Below, one piece after another: positions 1 through 13,400 of a stretch of DNA of 64,000 bases; positions within the stretch are counted from its first letter, which is position 1; each line of letters opens with the position of its first letter. A program made the position numbers and the translations under genes. The notes under the pieces are model-generated. The model was not told the origin of the DNA. It ran no database searches and saw only the letters and a program-made list of their open reading frames with translations. Source of the stretch: Vitrella brassicaformis CCMP3155 (lineage: Eukaryota; Protista; Chromerida); the NCBI GenBank assembly GCA_001179505.1, contig CDMY01000770.1, positions 1-64,000 of the forward strand. Reading direction: 5' to 3'.

Positions 1-69
1 GGGGGAGAGCAAATGCGAGCTTGGATCTGCGAGCTTAGCTCCAAAGGGAGAGTAAAAAAAGAAGCAGAG

Positions 70-3000
70 ATGTACAGCGACAGGATGGCGACGAGCCGTC
101 CCCGGCCGGCACACGCTTCGTCTGCCGCTCAGCATCAGCATCAGCACGCCAGCAATGGATTTGGCCCTCCACGCTCGAGCCATCAGGAGTGGCAGCGTGT
201 TCCGCCTCGCAATCCATTTGACAACCCGCACCCGCCAAGCAGACCGCCTCCCATCCATCCACCTCAGGCATCATCGAGTCCTTTTCGCTTTGATCGCTTC
301 GCAGAGCAGGTGTGTCAAGTGGACCCCATGGCCGATGAAGCAATGCGGGGACGACCGCCCGTCCCGCCACCGCCCGCTGCCATCCCTCAACCGTCGTTCG
401 GGCAGCCAGGGAGATCACGGCAGGGAGCTGCACCTGCACCACCACCACCAGCTGCAGCGGCCATGGCGCCAGAGACCAACCGCATGCAGAGGGCGCAGCA
501 CCAGCCATCATTCCGTGGCGGCGGGCCGTCGTCGGCATCCTCATACTATCCGCCGCAGAGGGGCGGTGGTTCATCTGCCTACAGCTCGTTCCACCAGCAG
601 CACGACGACCGGGGCGGGAGCAACAGTTTGTATTTTCGCGAGATGCGGCACCTGGGGCTGAGTGCTGGTGTGGTCAACAAGGGCTGGGAGATCGCCACGA
701 TGGAGGACGGCGTGATGGACACGCAGGAGCCGGGCGTGTACGCCGTGTACTCATACAGGTCAGAGAAGGAAGGCACAGCACAGTAGAGGTCACATGACAT
801 GAGATGACATGACATGACATGACATGAGAGGAGTCGGGTGTGGTTTCCTGTCCGGATCTGTGTGGTGGTTGGTGTTGTGTTGGTGCACCCAGTGAGTCGT
901 GGAGGGAGGTGGACATGGAGGTGTGCGAGTGCAGCTGCCCCAACATGCAGCTGTGCTGCAGCCACCTGTTCGCCGTCATCGCCGCTGTGCCGCAGGTGAG
1001 TGACCAAGTGAATGAACCCATTCATCCATAATGCATCCATCATTGCATCCGTGTGCCCCTATCTGTCTGTCTGCCTGTCTGCAGTATCGGTTGCGTTTTG
1101 CGTTGCTGACTGCGGCCAAGCGTGAGATGATCCACAAGGCCGCCACCAGGTCCATCACGCCGCAGAAGATATGCAGGTACGGCCCAAGCTGACACAAAGA
1201 GACACACACGCAGGTGCACATGTGCGAGTGTTTTTGTTTGTGTGTGTTGGACATGACCAACCAACCAACATAGGGACATTTACCGACTGTTCAGCACGTA
1301 CAACGTCGACGAGCTCTACCGAGCGGCCGTCGAGTGCTTCGTTGGCGTCATGTGGCGCTTCTATAGCAAACAGGGGGAGCTCCCAGCAGCCATCCAAAGA
1401 GAACGGGTCGGCTGAGCCGTACATGAAGGCCTGCGCTCCTTGCGACATGGCTCTCCTTCTTTTTTGCAGCCGGAGAAGCGCCTCATTGACCGCGACAGAG
1501 GGCGCATGATCTTGGGCAAGGTGGTGGAGGCCTTCAGGTCGCTGGAGGGCAAGGGCAATGACAAGGCGCAGAAGCTGTCCACTGGCGCACAGCGGCTGGC
1601 TGCCCTCGAGAGCGAGACAGCCACGCTGTGTGGCGAGGAAAAATTCTCCGACCTCCACACTACCGTGGCTGAGCTGCTGACGCAGAGGAACCTCGTCCAA
1701 CAGGAGGGAGTACCGGCACCTGCTGCAGGTCGGTGGGTGCAGAGTGCATGCACTCGCTTCCACACACGCTCATTTGCCGACTGTCTGTCTTATTGTGTCC
1801 ATGTCTTTGTTGTTGGCCAGGCGGCAAGAAGAGCGAGCCCGCCGTGTCGTCTGCCGACGTGGCCAAGGTGCATGAGTGGGTGTTCGGCAAGCACGATGGG
1901 GCTGGTGACCAAGACCAGGATGAGAAGAAAGCAGAGAAGGGCCCGAAGGAGACAAAGGAGAACGTGGCTCTGAGGGTCAGTGAACCACACACCAAGACCA
2001 CCACACAAGGGGTGTGGGAGCCCATGCCTTTCTCCTGCCTCTTCCTCTTGCTTGATCAGGTCATTAGCCAGCTGCAGTCCATCACGGACCAGTCGTCAAG
2101 GTCGTCCCTCGTGGCCCTCCAGCAGCTGGAGGCCAGTGTGGCATCATCTTTAAATGCCGATCGCTTCGACGCACTCGGCCATGGATCCTTCCTGTCGTTC
2201 GTCAACTCGCAGCCAAACCTGACGGACGCCATCAGTGACAAGATTGTGAGCAAGGGACGCGCCGCTTCGTCCTCCGGGGGGCCGCCATCCGTCTTTACCG
2301 ACAAGCTGGGTTCACTGGTGCGCCAGACTGTGCATGCACTCGACGGCCACCTGCAGGATGAGCAAAGGGAGACTCTCACGCGCGCAGTCGACAGAGCGAT
2401 CGACGGTCGGTCAGCCACAGACAAGCGCAGAGACGAAATGAGGCTGTTGTGATTCAATCGCCTGTTCGTGTCATGCATGCAGGTTTCTTCCGCATTAATG
2501 GGGGCCACCAGGCGATGGGCTACGAGTCGGTCGCGGCGCTCGCGGATGCAGCCAAGGGAGAGGCCGACGGGATGGCCATTGCCAGCAGTCTCCTGGCCGG
2601 CGATGACGAGATCGAAGCGCCCTCCGTGCCGGCCAGGAGCATGGTGTCAGACGACATGTCAGCAGCTATGGACGCCATCCGTGCAGCGCCCTATCTGACA
2701 GACATCGGCCAACACATCCAGTGGCAGAGGGTCTTCCAGGTCGGTAGTAAGTACTGAATGTGCATCCGGCGGTCGGTGATCCAAATGTGTCTTTTCTTCA
2801 CCTGTGTGTTCAGGACACTCTCGGCCCGCTGTCATCCTTCCTGTCCCGCCATTGTGGCTCCCTCCCCGCCGTGCAGCTGATCGAGACCCACCCGCACCAC
2901 TACATCAAAGCACCCCTCCGCAGCGACGCCGCTGAGAAGCTGCTGGACAGTCTCGCAAAGCACGACGGCAAGGGGAGTGCTGTCGAGTGGGTGGGCTTGG

Positions 3001-6000
3001 TGGCCGGGTGCGGCGGGGTGCGGCACGTGCCCTGGGGGGTGGTCAAGACGGAGGGACGGAAGAGACTTGCTGGTGAGTAAGGGGTGGAGGGCTGAACGAA
3101 GGGTGCGTGGTGGAGAGGAGAGACTTCTTCCTTGGTGTGTATGGTTGTGCAGGCATACCTCTGGAGGAGGGTGCGTCATTTCTGGCTGACTTCATCGCAG
3201 CGCTGCCGGATGCCTTCCTGTCGTCGACGCTCATGTAGGTGCATGACCATGCGCTGCCGACTCATCCATCATCCCTGTGTCTGTCTATCTGACTATGATG
3301 GATTACCTATCTCCTTTGCCATCAGCCATCCACTGGTTATCGCACCCCTGGTCGACACACATGGACAGGACATCCTGCATACGACTCTCAAACACGCCAG
3401 GTGAAGAGAACATAAATCTTCCATGTGCGTACACGTGTACACCTGTCGTGTGTGCAGCTCCCCCTCTCTGACCGCCCGCCTGCATCAGCTGGGTATCGAC
3501 TGCACCCTGCAGCCCTGGATCAACCACCTCAAGGCCACTCTCCGCCACACTCAGGACACCCCTCACCACCAGGGGACGGCCGTGCACCAGCGGGATGTCA
3601 AGATGGTGGATCAAGGGAGAGGCGATGCTGAAGAGGATGACACCGGCGAGGTCATGTTCTGGAAGAGGCCACAGAGGCAGCAGCAGGACAAGCAGCCACC
3701 ACAGCAGCCAGGACAACCGCCACCACAGGCACAGGCGCAGCAGCCCTCTGCTCCTGCTGTGCCCGCTGCTGCACACACATCACCTCAGTCCAGCAAATCA
3801 GGTATGCACGTCACACAGAAGCCGCGGCCATTTCATGCACTTGTCTGTCTGTCTGTCTGTTTGTCTCTGCAGACGCCCGTGCGGTCGTGTCGTCGATCCG
3901 CCGCGACGAGTTCGGCATTGGCTACGACGACACGAGCGGTGTGATGGCGCGGCAGAGGGCCCGGCTGACGAGGGCACTCAAGAGACTCACCGAGGACCTC
4001 TACGCCGGAGAGATACACCTGCAGGCACGCTGAGGGAGGACGCCAGACCACCTCGGGTGTGTGTTGTCGATGTTTGCTTGCATGTGTGTGTGTGCAGATG
4101 GAGCTCATCCAAAACGCCGACGACAACATGTATCCGAGAGGAACGTCGCCCACGCTCCACTTTGTGGTGCTGAGGGAGGGCCTGGCGGTCTTCAACAACG
4201 AGAGCGGCTTCACTGAGGCGGATGTCAGGGCCATCTGTGACGTCGGCCGCTCCACCAAGACCAGCGCCCTCCGGCCAGCCATCGGGAAGTTCGGCGTCGG
4301 CTTCAAGAGTGTTTTCTTCGTCTCTGACAGTGAGCGAGATCCCCGCACACACCGACACCCACACAGACAAGCATGTGAGCATCTATCCGTGTCCTTGTGT
4401 GTGTTCATCTCAGCCCCGACTCTCTTTTCCAACGGCTATGGCATCCGGTTTGACGCCAAGGACCCCTCGGGCATGGGCTATGTGCTGCCGCAGTGGGTGG
4501 ACGGCACAGCGGCCGAGCACCTGCCTGCAGCAGCGGTGGCGCACATGAGTGGGGCGTGGCAGACGGCCATCTGGCTGCCGCTGAAGCGGGGCATGCTGCA
4601 CACCGACCGGTGGGAACGGGGCATCGCCAAGAAGATGACGCAGCTCAGCGGCTCGTGGCTGCTCTTCCTGCGGCGGCTCACACACATATTGTTATACGAT
4701 GGGCTGACTGACCGCTACATCGACGTGCGGAAAGAGGTGCGTGCCGATGGGGCCGTGAGGGTGACTGATGGAGAGGGCAATGAAGAGCTGTGGGCTATTG
4801 TCACGCACAAGGTCACCGGCACCACACAAACAGGTGCGCAGACACACTTACCACCGACGACATATTGGGCATGTGTGTGTGTGTGTGTGTGCGTGTCTGT
4901 ATGTGTCAGACACTGAGATAACGATCGCTCTGCCAATGAGTTCCGATGGCGAGGCGTCGGCCGACGACCGCTCTCGCGACGTGTTTGCCTACCTGCCCCT
5001 GAGGAGCTTCGGCTTTCGGTTCGTGCTGCACGGAGACTTTGTGGTGCCCACCAGCAGAGAAGATGTTGTCAGGTCAGATTGACACAGACAATCACACAAT
5101 CCTACACGCGCACCGCACCGTTCCCACGTGCATATGACATGCGTCAGAGGCCACCCGTGGAACGAGCATCTGCGGTCGAGTATCCCCGCTGCCTTCATAG
5201 CCGCCATCGACCACGCCAAGAAGACACCCGTCACGCCCCTCACCTACGGCATCCTCAACTACGTGCCGCGAGAGAATGAGCTTCTCGGTTTCTTCGCCCC
5301 CGTCGCCCGCCTGATGCGCACCGCCCTGCAAAGCCACCCCTGTGTGCTGACGGCCAGCGGCAAGTGGGTGGTGCCCGCGAATGCCCTGATGGCTCCTGAG
5401 CTCAGCAACGAGGGCGAGGAGAGGGGCGTCTTCGACGCGATGGTGAAAGCCCCTGTGGTCGCAGCCACCCTCGGCAAAGAATATGTGCATCAGGAGGTTA
5501 GCAAAGCAAAGCACAGCACGAGATTCAGACAAGGTGGGTGGATACACGGACACACGGGGATGTGTCCTTTCTCGTCTTCAGGTGCTCAAGCGCGTGAGTG
5601 CGGCCGTGTTGGTCTCTCTCGGTATCCGTCACTTCAGCCTCTTTCACATGATCGAGCTCATCAGCCACTCGCTGACCCACCAGCCCCCCACCAGCCAGCA
5701 GATCGCCCACTGCCTGGCCCTCATCGACTGGCTCTCAGAGGACCACACTCTCTCACGCCAGGACGTCAGCAGCGCATTCAAGTCGCTGCAGAAGATACCC
5801 TTCCTCCGTCTGGCCACTGGGGAGATGGTCTGCGGCGGCGGAGATGGCGGCGAGAGGGTGTATGTGGAGGCGGACGGCCAGCGCTTTGACTACGGCTTTG
5901 AGGCCAACGTGCGAGTGCTGCATGGCGACATCCTGGGCTGCTTCGACACCGACACGGAAGCCGACACGCAGGACAGCCGCTCGTTGCTGCTGTCAGCCCG

Positions 6001-9000
6001 CGCCAAGCGGTCCCTGCAGCGTCTGGGAGTGCACAAGCTCACCCCTGACGTCATCCTCTCCACCATCATCCTGCCTGCATATACATCGGGCACCGACCTG
6101 CCCCCGGCCTCTCTCGTCGGTTATCTGGCCTACTGCTTGCACCACCAAGAGACCTTCCTCGCCCTCATGACGCAGCAGCAGGAAGCAAACAACACCACGA
6201 CGACAATGCGGCCGCGTGTGCGCGTGATGCTGGAGAACGGCTCCCAGGGCAGGCCGACCGACGTCATGTTGACGCAGAATTGGGGCGGGCGCGTGGAGTG
6301 GGAGGACATGATGGACCAGGAGAGCCTCGCTGGCCTCTCGTTGTCCGCTGCTCACCTGAACTATGGCTCAGCCATCGAGTGGGGGCGATTCCTCAAGAAA
6401 CTCGGCGCATCAGAGTTTCTTGCGATGGAGAGGGTGACGACGAGCGCGGCTGAGTGGGGTGATGCCGTGGGCGGGCGCGAGGGCACTGTGGAGGACTGGA
6501 GGGCTCCCTCTCTGGAGCCGTTCTTGCAGACAATGAGTGTGGAGAAGGCCCAGATGTTCTATGACGCGCTGCAAGTGCTGTGGGGCGACCTGGCGGCGTA
6601 TGCGTCTGTGTCTTTCACCAGCACCGACGGCTCGACCAACGAGAGACTGACGGACGTGCCCTCTTCCTTCATCAGGACGCTCCGACACATCCCCTGGGTG
6701 CCCGGGGAGACCGAGGACGAGCGCCTCTACGCGCCATCCTCCCTCTGCCTCCCGTCGTCCCCTCTCGCCATTCTGTGCGGCGGACTCTTACTCCAAGCCG
6801 ATGTGCACCACCACCATTCGACAGCAGTGGCGACGGGAATTGGGCTGCACGCAGAACCGACCGTCCCGATTGTCTTCTCGCTGCTCAATCAGCTGAGGAA
6901 GGCCATGGATGCAGACGCGGATCAGGACGACATGATGGCGGTGGACCATGCGCAGCTGACGGCGTTCCCCCTGGTGCTGAGTCAGGGGTTTAGGTCAGCG
7001 TGTCGCGACGGCGGGAGCATTGTGGGTCTGTATACCTTCCTCTCCGAGGCCGCGAGCGACGTGGACACCGCCAGGCTCTTCAGCTCGCTGCCCCTGATCT
7101 ACATCCCGACCCGGGGGGCCTTTGCCTTGTCGACGGAGGTGTTTTGGTCGCTGCCGGAGGGGTGCGAGGGCGCCTTCTCTTTCCCCCCTCTGTGTGAGGT
7201 CTACCCCTACTCATTGCGGGGCTGGTTCGTGCAGCAGCTGGGCGTGGACGTGCTGCCGTCGGTCGACCGGTGTGTGAGCGAGCTGGGCGTGGTCACACAG
7301 GGGGACGATGAGGAGGGCGACACCCATTCGGAGCCGAAACGGAGGCGCCTTGTTGAAGGTGAGTGAGTTAGCAGAGGCAGGGAGGACAGGGACACGCGTC
7401 TGTCTGCATGGGTAGGGTACATCCATCGGTGTATCCTGCATGCATGCATGCGTCGCGTCAGGCTGGGTGCCCTCGTCCAGCCCACCGTATGACTGTGTTG
7501 CTGCTGCGGTTGTGGTGGCTTCAGATGACCGCATCGCCCAGGTCGCATGCCTCCTTCTCTTCGTCGCGCAGCAGTGCCCCAACGACGAGCTCTTATCTCG
7601 CCTGTCCCGCCGCGCCTTCTTCCCCACGCAGAATGCCAGGCAGCACAGCGAGGGCAATGTCCGCTATGCCTCTCCATCCGATGGGCTGATCATGGCCACG
7701 ACGGCCAGGAGCAAGCACATGGCGGCGGAGCACTTCCCCGACCTGCCGATTGTGTGTGCGCTGCCCCCTGCGATGGAGAGGCGGGCGGACGAGTGGCGGG
7801 AGCTGCTGAAGAGAGTGGGAGGGGTGGAGCTGAGCGAGATGTGTCGGGTGGAGGTCAGCAGGGGTGGCCGGGGCGGTCAGAGGGACGATGTGCTGAGGAC
7901 GCGGGTGCTCAATGAGCTGCTGGGATATGCGCAACGCTTCATGGCCTTTCATAGAGAAGAAAGGTCAAACGACAGACAGACACCACACCCGGACAAAGAA
8001 TCTCTGTCTTGTGTGTCATTCATCTCATCGACAGGCTGGCGGAGCTGCAGAGCGACCCGGCATGGCCGTCCCGTCTCGGATCCCTCACCGTCTCCCGCGC
8101 CCCCTTCCTGTCCATCCGCTTCACCCTCTCCCCTCCCCCCCACACCAACATGCAGCCCTTCTCCTCAATCGCCCGGCATCGTGACGCATACCTCGACGGC
8201 AATGAGCTGACAGTTGTCGTCAAGGACTCGTCCGCCGACCTGCCCAATGAGGTGTTTCCTGAGTTCACACGGCTGCTGTTTGCTGATGGAGAGGCGGACA
8301 GGGAGATGGGGACGTTCCTGTCGGTGGTCCACAGCATCCGTAAGGGCGGCATGAGCGACGCGGCTGTAGAGGAGTTCTTGAGGAGCGTCCATGGGATTGG
8401 GAAGCTGCCAGGGGGGCCGGGGGCTGACTGGATGGCGACGGTCATGCCATTCCCTACCCATGCTCAGGGTGGACCAGGTACACACCCGTCCATGCGACCG
8501 ACACACACACGATCGCTCTTTGTGTGTCATGTTCATTCAGGTGTGTCCCCCTCCCCCCGCCCCTCCCCCGCTGCCGTTGAGGAGATGGCCATCGACGACA
8601 TCCACGACCCAGCCGCCCCTTCATCAGCACGCCATGAGGACGGTGACAGCCCCATCATGGCGGCGTGTCGGCTCGATCGCATCGACGGGCAGCGGCCGAC
8701 GCTCGCCGACCACGAGAAGAGCAGGCCTCTGAGGGACAGGGAGGCAAAAAGAGGGGGCGTGCATGGCGACGCTGCTGCTTTGCGGCAGTTGGCCATGGAT
8801 TTGGACCTGGATGCCGAGGACGATCATGATACAAGGGCAGACGGCGAGCGGCGAGTTGGCACGGACGAGGGGGCAGCTCGTGACACCGACGATGGCGACA
8901 AGGACAGTGAGGAAGAACTGGTCATCATCGGTGGAGGGCCCCCACAAGCAGCAGCTGCAGCTGCAGCAGCAGCAGCAGCAGCTCCAACAGAAGACAAGAG

Positions 9001-9945
9001 GGGCGACAGACCAAGGGCGGCTGTACAGGACGGTGACCGTGAGAGAGAGAGGACGGCGTGGAAGCCTTCCGTCGGCCCCTCTGTGGCCAGCGCGATGCCG
9101 TCCACGGCCGACAAGAACTTCGAAATGACGACAGAAGATCTGCAGGGCTTCTCACTGCGGCGGGATGACGGGCGGGCGCTCGACGTGCCGACAGCAGAGA
9201 ACCCACTGGAGAAGGAGCACCGGAGCAAAGTTGGCAAGTGGGGAGAGGACTTCGTGAACCAGTACCTCATGAGCAAGCACGCGGGCGCCGTGGCCAGGGG
9301 CGACCTGACGGTCCGCTGGATGAACTGCGACGAGGAGAGCGGGGAGTGTTACGACTTCGTCATTGAGGTGAGGCATCCAACAGGAGCCATGCACGAGCAG
9401 CAGCACACACCTTTGTGTCTGTGTGCGTATGTGTGTGTCAGCATGCCGCTGGTCGTGCTGATGGTCCGCTCGAGGACCGTGCTGGGTATGCCGAGTACAT
9501 CGAGGTCAAGACCACCACGGACGAGGCCAAAGCCCTGTTCGAGGTGGGTGGGTGGGTGGGCAGACGAACCGAACCCCGCCTGCCCTGCACACCACACCGA
9601 TGGCGTGTGTGTGTGTTGTGTTGTGTGGTGAAACGCAGATGTCCTATCGCGAGTGGCATTTCGCGCAGATGAAGGTATGAAGGTTGGTGGCGGATGCATT
9701 CATGGCCATGGAGCATGTGTGTATGCATGTCTTGTGATGTGTGCAGGGCGACCGCTTCTCCATCTATCGCATCTTCAACGCCGGCAGAGAGCAAGTCCGG
9801 CTGCTCAGGTACCTAGGTGTGCAGCTGTCACCAGACAACGGGCACATTCATCTTGTGCCGGTGTGTGTGTGTGTGTGTGTGCAGGATAGTCAATCCTTAC
9901 CGCCAGTGGAAGGACAAGCGGATCGGCATCTGTCTGGCGCTGTGA
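70..9945 (+). CDS. NO VEIN (NOV)-like protein: sacsin-type GHKL ATPase plus C-terminal DUF3883 (PD-(D/E)xK-like) domain; multi-exon
   Basis: Spliced exons give GHKL/sacsin motifs ELIQNADDNMY, FNNESGFTEADVRAICDVGRSTK and IGKFGVGFKSVF (~4098-4325). The C-terminus reads GKWGEDFV..WMNCDEESGECYDF..YIEVKTT..EWHF..FSIYRIFNAG..IVNPYRQWKDKRIGICLAL* (TGA 9943-9945). The N-terminus is Pro/Gln-rich. Start taken at ATG 70 (ATG 85 also possible). Confidence 0.8.
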
Positions 9946-10476
9946 ACGTGTACGTCCATAACAGACAGGCGCCATAATTAATTACTTGCGTATGTAGTGG
10001 TCTCTCTCGATGTGTGAAGGTGTGCATTCACGCACTGCAGACAGAGAGATAGATACTCGGTCGGTCACTAGTCGGTCAAGCCAGCCAGCCCACCAGCCAC
10101 GTTGTGCTCGCTCACCGTCATGTCATGTACAGCAGCTGTACGACTCGTGCCACGGTTTATACGTATCCGGTGATTCGGATCATGACCGACCGCTCCGCCA
10201 TGGGGGCTGTTTTCGCCCCCACCCGATCGCCATCCCCTCCGTCCCAGATTGTCTCAGCCTCGTTGCTCTCTCTACCAACGAATTGCATCTCCCTGGGTTG
10301 GCAGCATAGCATCTATCGCACAGAGCCTCCCTCCCTGGTCGGCGGGCAACCGTCTTGAAGCTAGCTCTTGTTCTCGCCCGCACATCCAGCCCACGCATGC
10401 GTTCTTTTCTCTGTTCGCGTCACACCCGCTGGAGCCCTGATCTTTCCATCTAGGCGGACGGCTGCCAGCGAGTTCC

Positions 10477-13400
10477 ATGGACGTCAGTAAGCAGCAAAAG
10501 AAGTCTGGCGATGGCCGAGGCGATGGCAAGGGCGGTGGCGAGCAGCAGATGCAGGAGGCCCATGCGACGCACCAGCCCGAGGGCTTCCGGATGGTGCAGA
10601 AGGAGACCATTTTGATGGACGATGAAGTGCCGGCGGACGGCCATGGGCAGGGGCAGGAGCTGAAGAGGGAAATTGAGCACCAGGAGCAGCAGCACCAGCA
10701 GCAGGACAATAGCAACTGCAGCGGCCCGGCCCGGCACTTCCTCCCTCCCCTCCCCCTCGTGCAGCAGCACCAGCACGGCACCGCCCCCCAAAGGGCCCAG
10801 CAGCCCGTGTGGCAGCCGCCGACCGTCACATGGCCCATCGCCCCTGGCACATCCGTCGGCGTACATCAGAGGGACACGCTCGGTGTGGTGCCCCCGCCAT
10901 TCGCCCCGATGGACCCCTACTACGGATACCTCTCAGCCGCGGCCGCAGCGGCGGGGGGCCATCCGCCGCCATTCCCCTTCCCCATGTACTTTCCTAACAT
11001 GCCGCCGCCACCGCCAAATGCCCCTCTGCTGGTCAAGGGCATGCCAGCGGTGCCAGCTGTGGTGATGGGGAGGGCAAAGAGCACTGAGCCGGCTGGGGAG
11101 AAGCGAGAGGGACTGGGGGCGGGGACGGGTGCAGGCGCGGGAGGGAGAGGGGGTGAGGAGAAAGACCTGAAGGACTTCGAGATGCCACAGGAAGGTGAGG
11201 GATGGGGGGAGGGAGGGAGGGCGGGCGGAAGCAGAGAGAGGCGTGTATATGGTCTGGTGTGGTGGATGTCTGCCTGCGTGTGGTGTGCAGATGAGCCGCT
11301 TGACGCCGCCCGGCTGACGCTGGCGGCCCGCAAGCTCCTGCAGCTCTCACGCAACAACCTACACCCAGAAATGTACACCGGTACGGAAAGACGTATGTAT
11401 ACCCAGGGACCCAGGCATACATACATGTTCTCACCATCAATCCATCCATCCATGTGTTCATCTGCTGACCAATCCATCAGGTGTGTCGTGGAGTGAGGAC
11501 AAGACGGCCTACCTCCTGCGCACGACCAACCCCTCGGCACACAGCCCATTCTCTCTGCCCTTCTCCCTCTTCGGACCGCCCACATTCACACTCAAGGGCC
11601 TCAGGTGAACGAAGAAGCCAACACACAATATACATCAATGCCTGTGTGTGCCTTGTACCCATCACTCGTGCAGGCAAGCATTGGCGCAGGCCATCGACCG
11701 TCGCAACTCACAGACCATCGTCAAGACCGAGGAGGTAGCTCACCTGTTCTCATCTGTCCACCTTTGATAGCTACGGAAGGATTGATGTGTATACACCGAC
11801 CGTCTTTGCTGTTCCCGTCTGTGCAGCTGGCCCTGCGGGAGACGCCCCTGCCCGACGTGTTGCTCACGGCCATGGCCCTGCAGATGATCGAAAACCACAG
11901 AGCCACAGTACCAACACCAGCACACCACCCCCTCCACCTACCCACCCAACACACATGTCTCTCTCTCTCTCTGTGTGTGTGTGTGTGCAGTCGTCGTCTC
12001 CCCTGACGATCAAGTGGCGTCAGGAGGGGAGCCGCCGGGCCTTCGCCATCAAAATGGCGGGCCGCGACATCGGACGGGTGGAGGTCAGCTGATCCCTCCA
12101 CCTATATGGCCATGGCCATGTATGGCTGTGTGTATGACTGTTTGTGTGTCATCACATCAGTTGGCTGGTCGTAGCAAGGAGTGTTTGGAGAGTTCCTTCC
12201 TGTCGGCCCGACAGTGGGTCGACCAGATAGCCATGAATGGTATAAGATGAGGGTGAGGGGATACACAACACAACACATACACAGATGATGATGTCGTGTG
12301 GGGCGGGGTGCTCATCTTCTCTTCTTTTGTCAGATGTTGACGTGTCTGCTGAGTCCAACCAAGTGCCAGCACCAGGTAGGTAGGGTCATTCCACCACATT
12401 ACACACACATGCCTATATCACCCGCCGGTGCCCTCCTGTAGATGAGCTGTTGAGCGCCTCCCGGATGGACAAGACGGCCGACGCCCTCATCGAGGCACTC
12501 CTACAATCCACATCGTCAGTACCCACAACGTCCTTTATGCCTACACAGACAGCCATATCTCCTCTGTGTGTGGTCAGGTATGCTGACCGGTGCCTGATGT
12601 ATGATGGGCACTTTGTGTACGAGGGGCTCGGCGTCTGCTGGGTGAGTGGACTGGACTTGCCACACAATGAATGACAGAGAGAGAGAGAGACAGGTCGGTC
12701 AACCAACATGCTGTGTGCGTCGTGTGGGTGGATGGGTGCGGTGCAGGATCCCGGCCGGTCGTCCTTCACGGTGCTGGTGTCGTCCAAGCGGCCCCACACC
12801 ACGTTCTCCATTAACGGCGGAAACCTTCCCGTCGACCCACCTACACGTAGCCCTCCCCTCCACTCCACCGCCACCCTATGCGGACGTGGTCTTCCTCCTG
12901 TGTGTGCAGTGAATGGCCTCAAGGCGGCGCTGCGCAGTGCCATGGAGCGGCGCAACGAGCTGACGACGGCAAAGGGCTTCTCGGGTAAAGAGACCTGGGG
13001 GTGGTGGTGTGTGTGGGGGCGGTGGTGTATGTGTCGTCACACAGGCTCGGTGCCGCTGCCCGACGAGCTGCCGTCTCCATCGCAGCTGTCGCCCTCTCTG
13101 GCGCCACATGAGATGGACGCCTTAGCCGAGTCGCTCTGCCTCAACACAAAGATAACGTCAGACGAAGGAACAAACAGACCAAATCGAGAGAGAGACGTCT
13201 GCCCACTTAGGTGTGTGTGTGTGATGTCAGTTGGCAGAAGTCTAGCCGATCGTTTGTCGTGACGGCGCCCATCATGCCAGGGGTACTCAGGCCCACGCGC
13301 AACCAAACCACCTCCAGCACACATCACATGTCTCTCTGTGTGTATGTGTGGGTTGGCCATTGCATCAGGTTCGGTCCAAGAAGAGGTCGCTGAAGCTGGT

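Noticed and set aside
791-826. (acatg)n pentamer repeat
   Set aside because: An ordinary intronic microsatellite in the first intron of the NOV-like gene.
10463-10474. Identical 12-mer tgccagcgagtt here and at 50155, both near gene starts
   Set aside because: Many chance 12-mer pairs are expected in 64 kb, and the matches do not extend.
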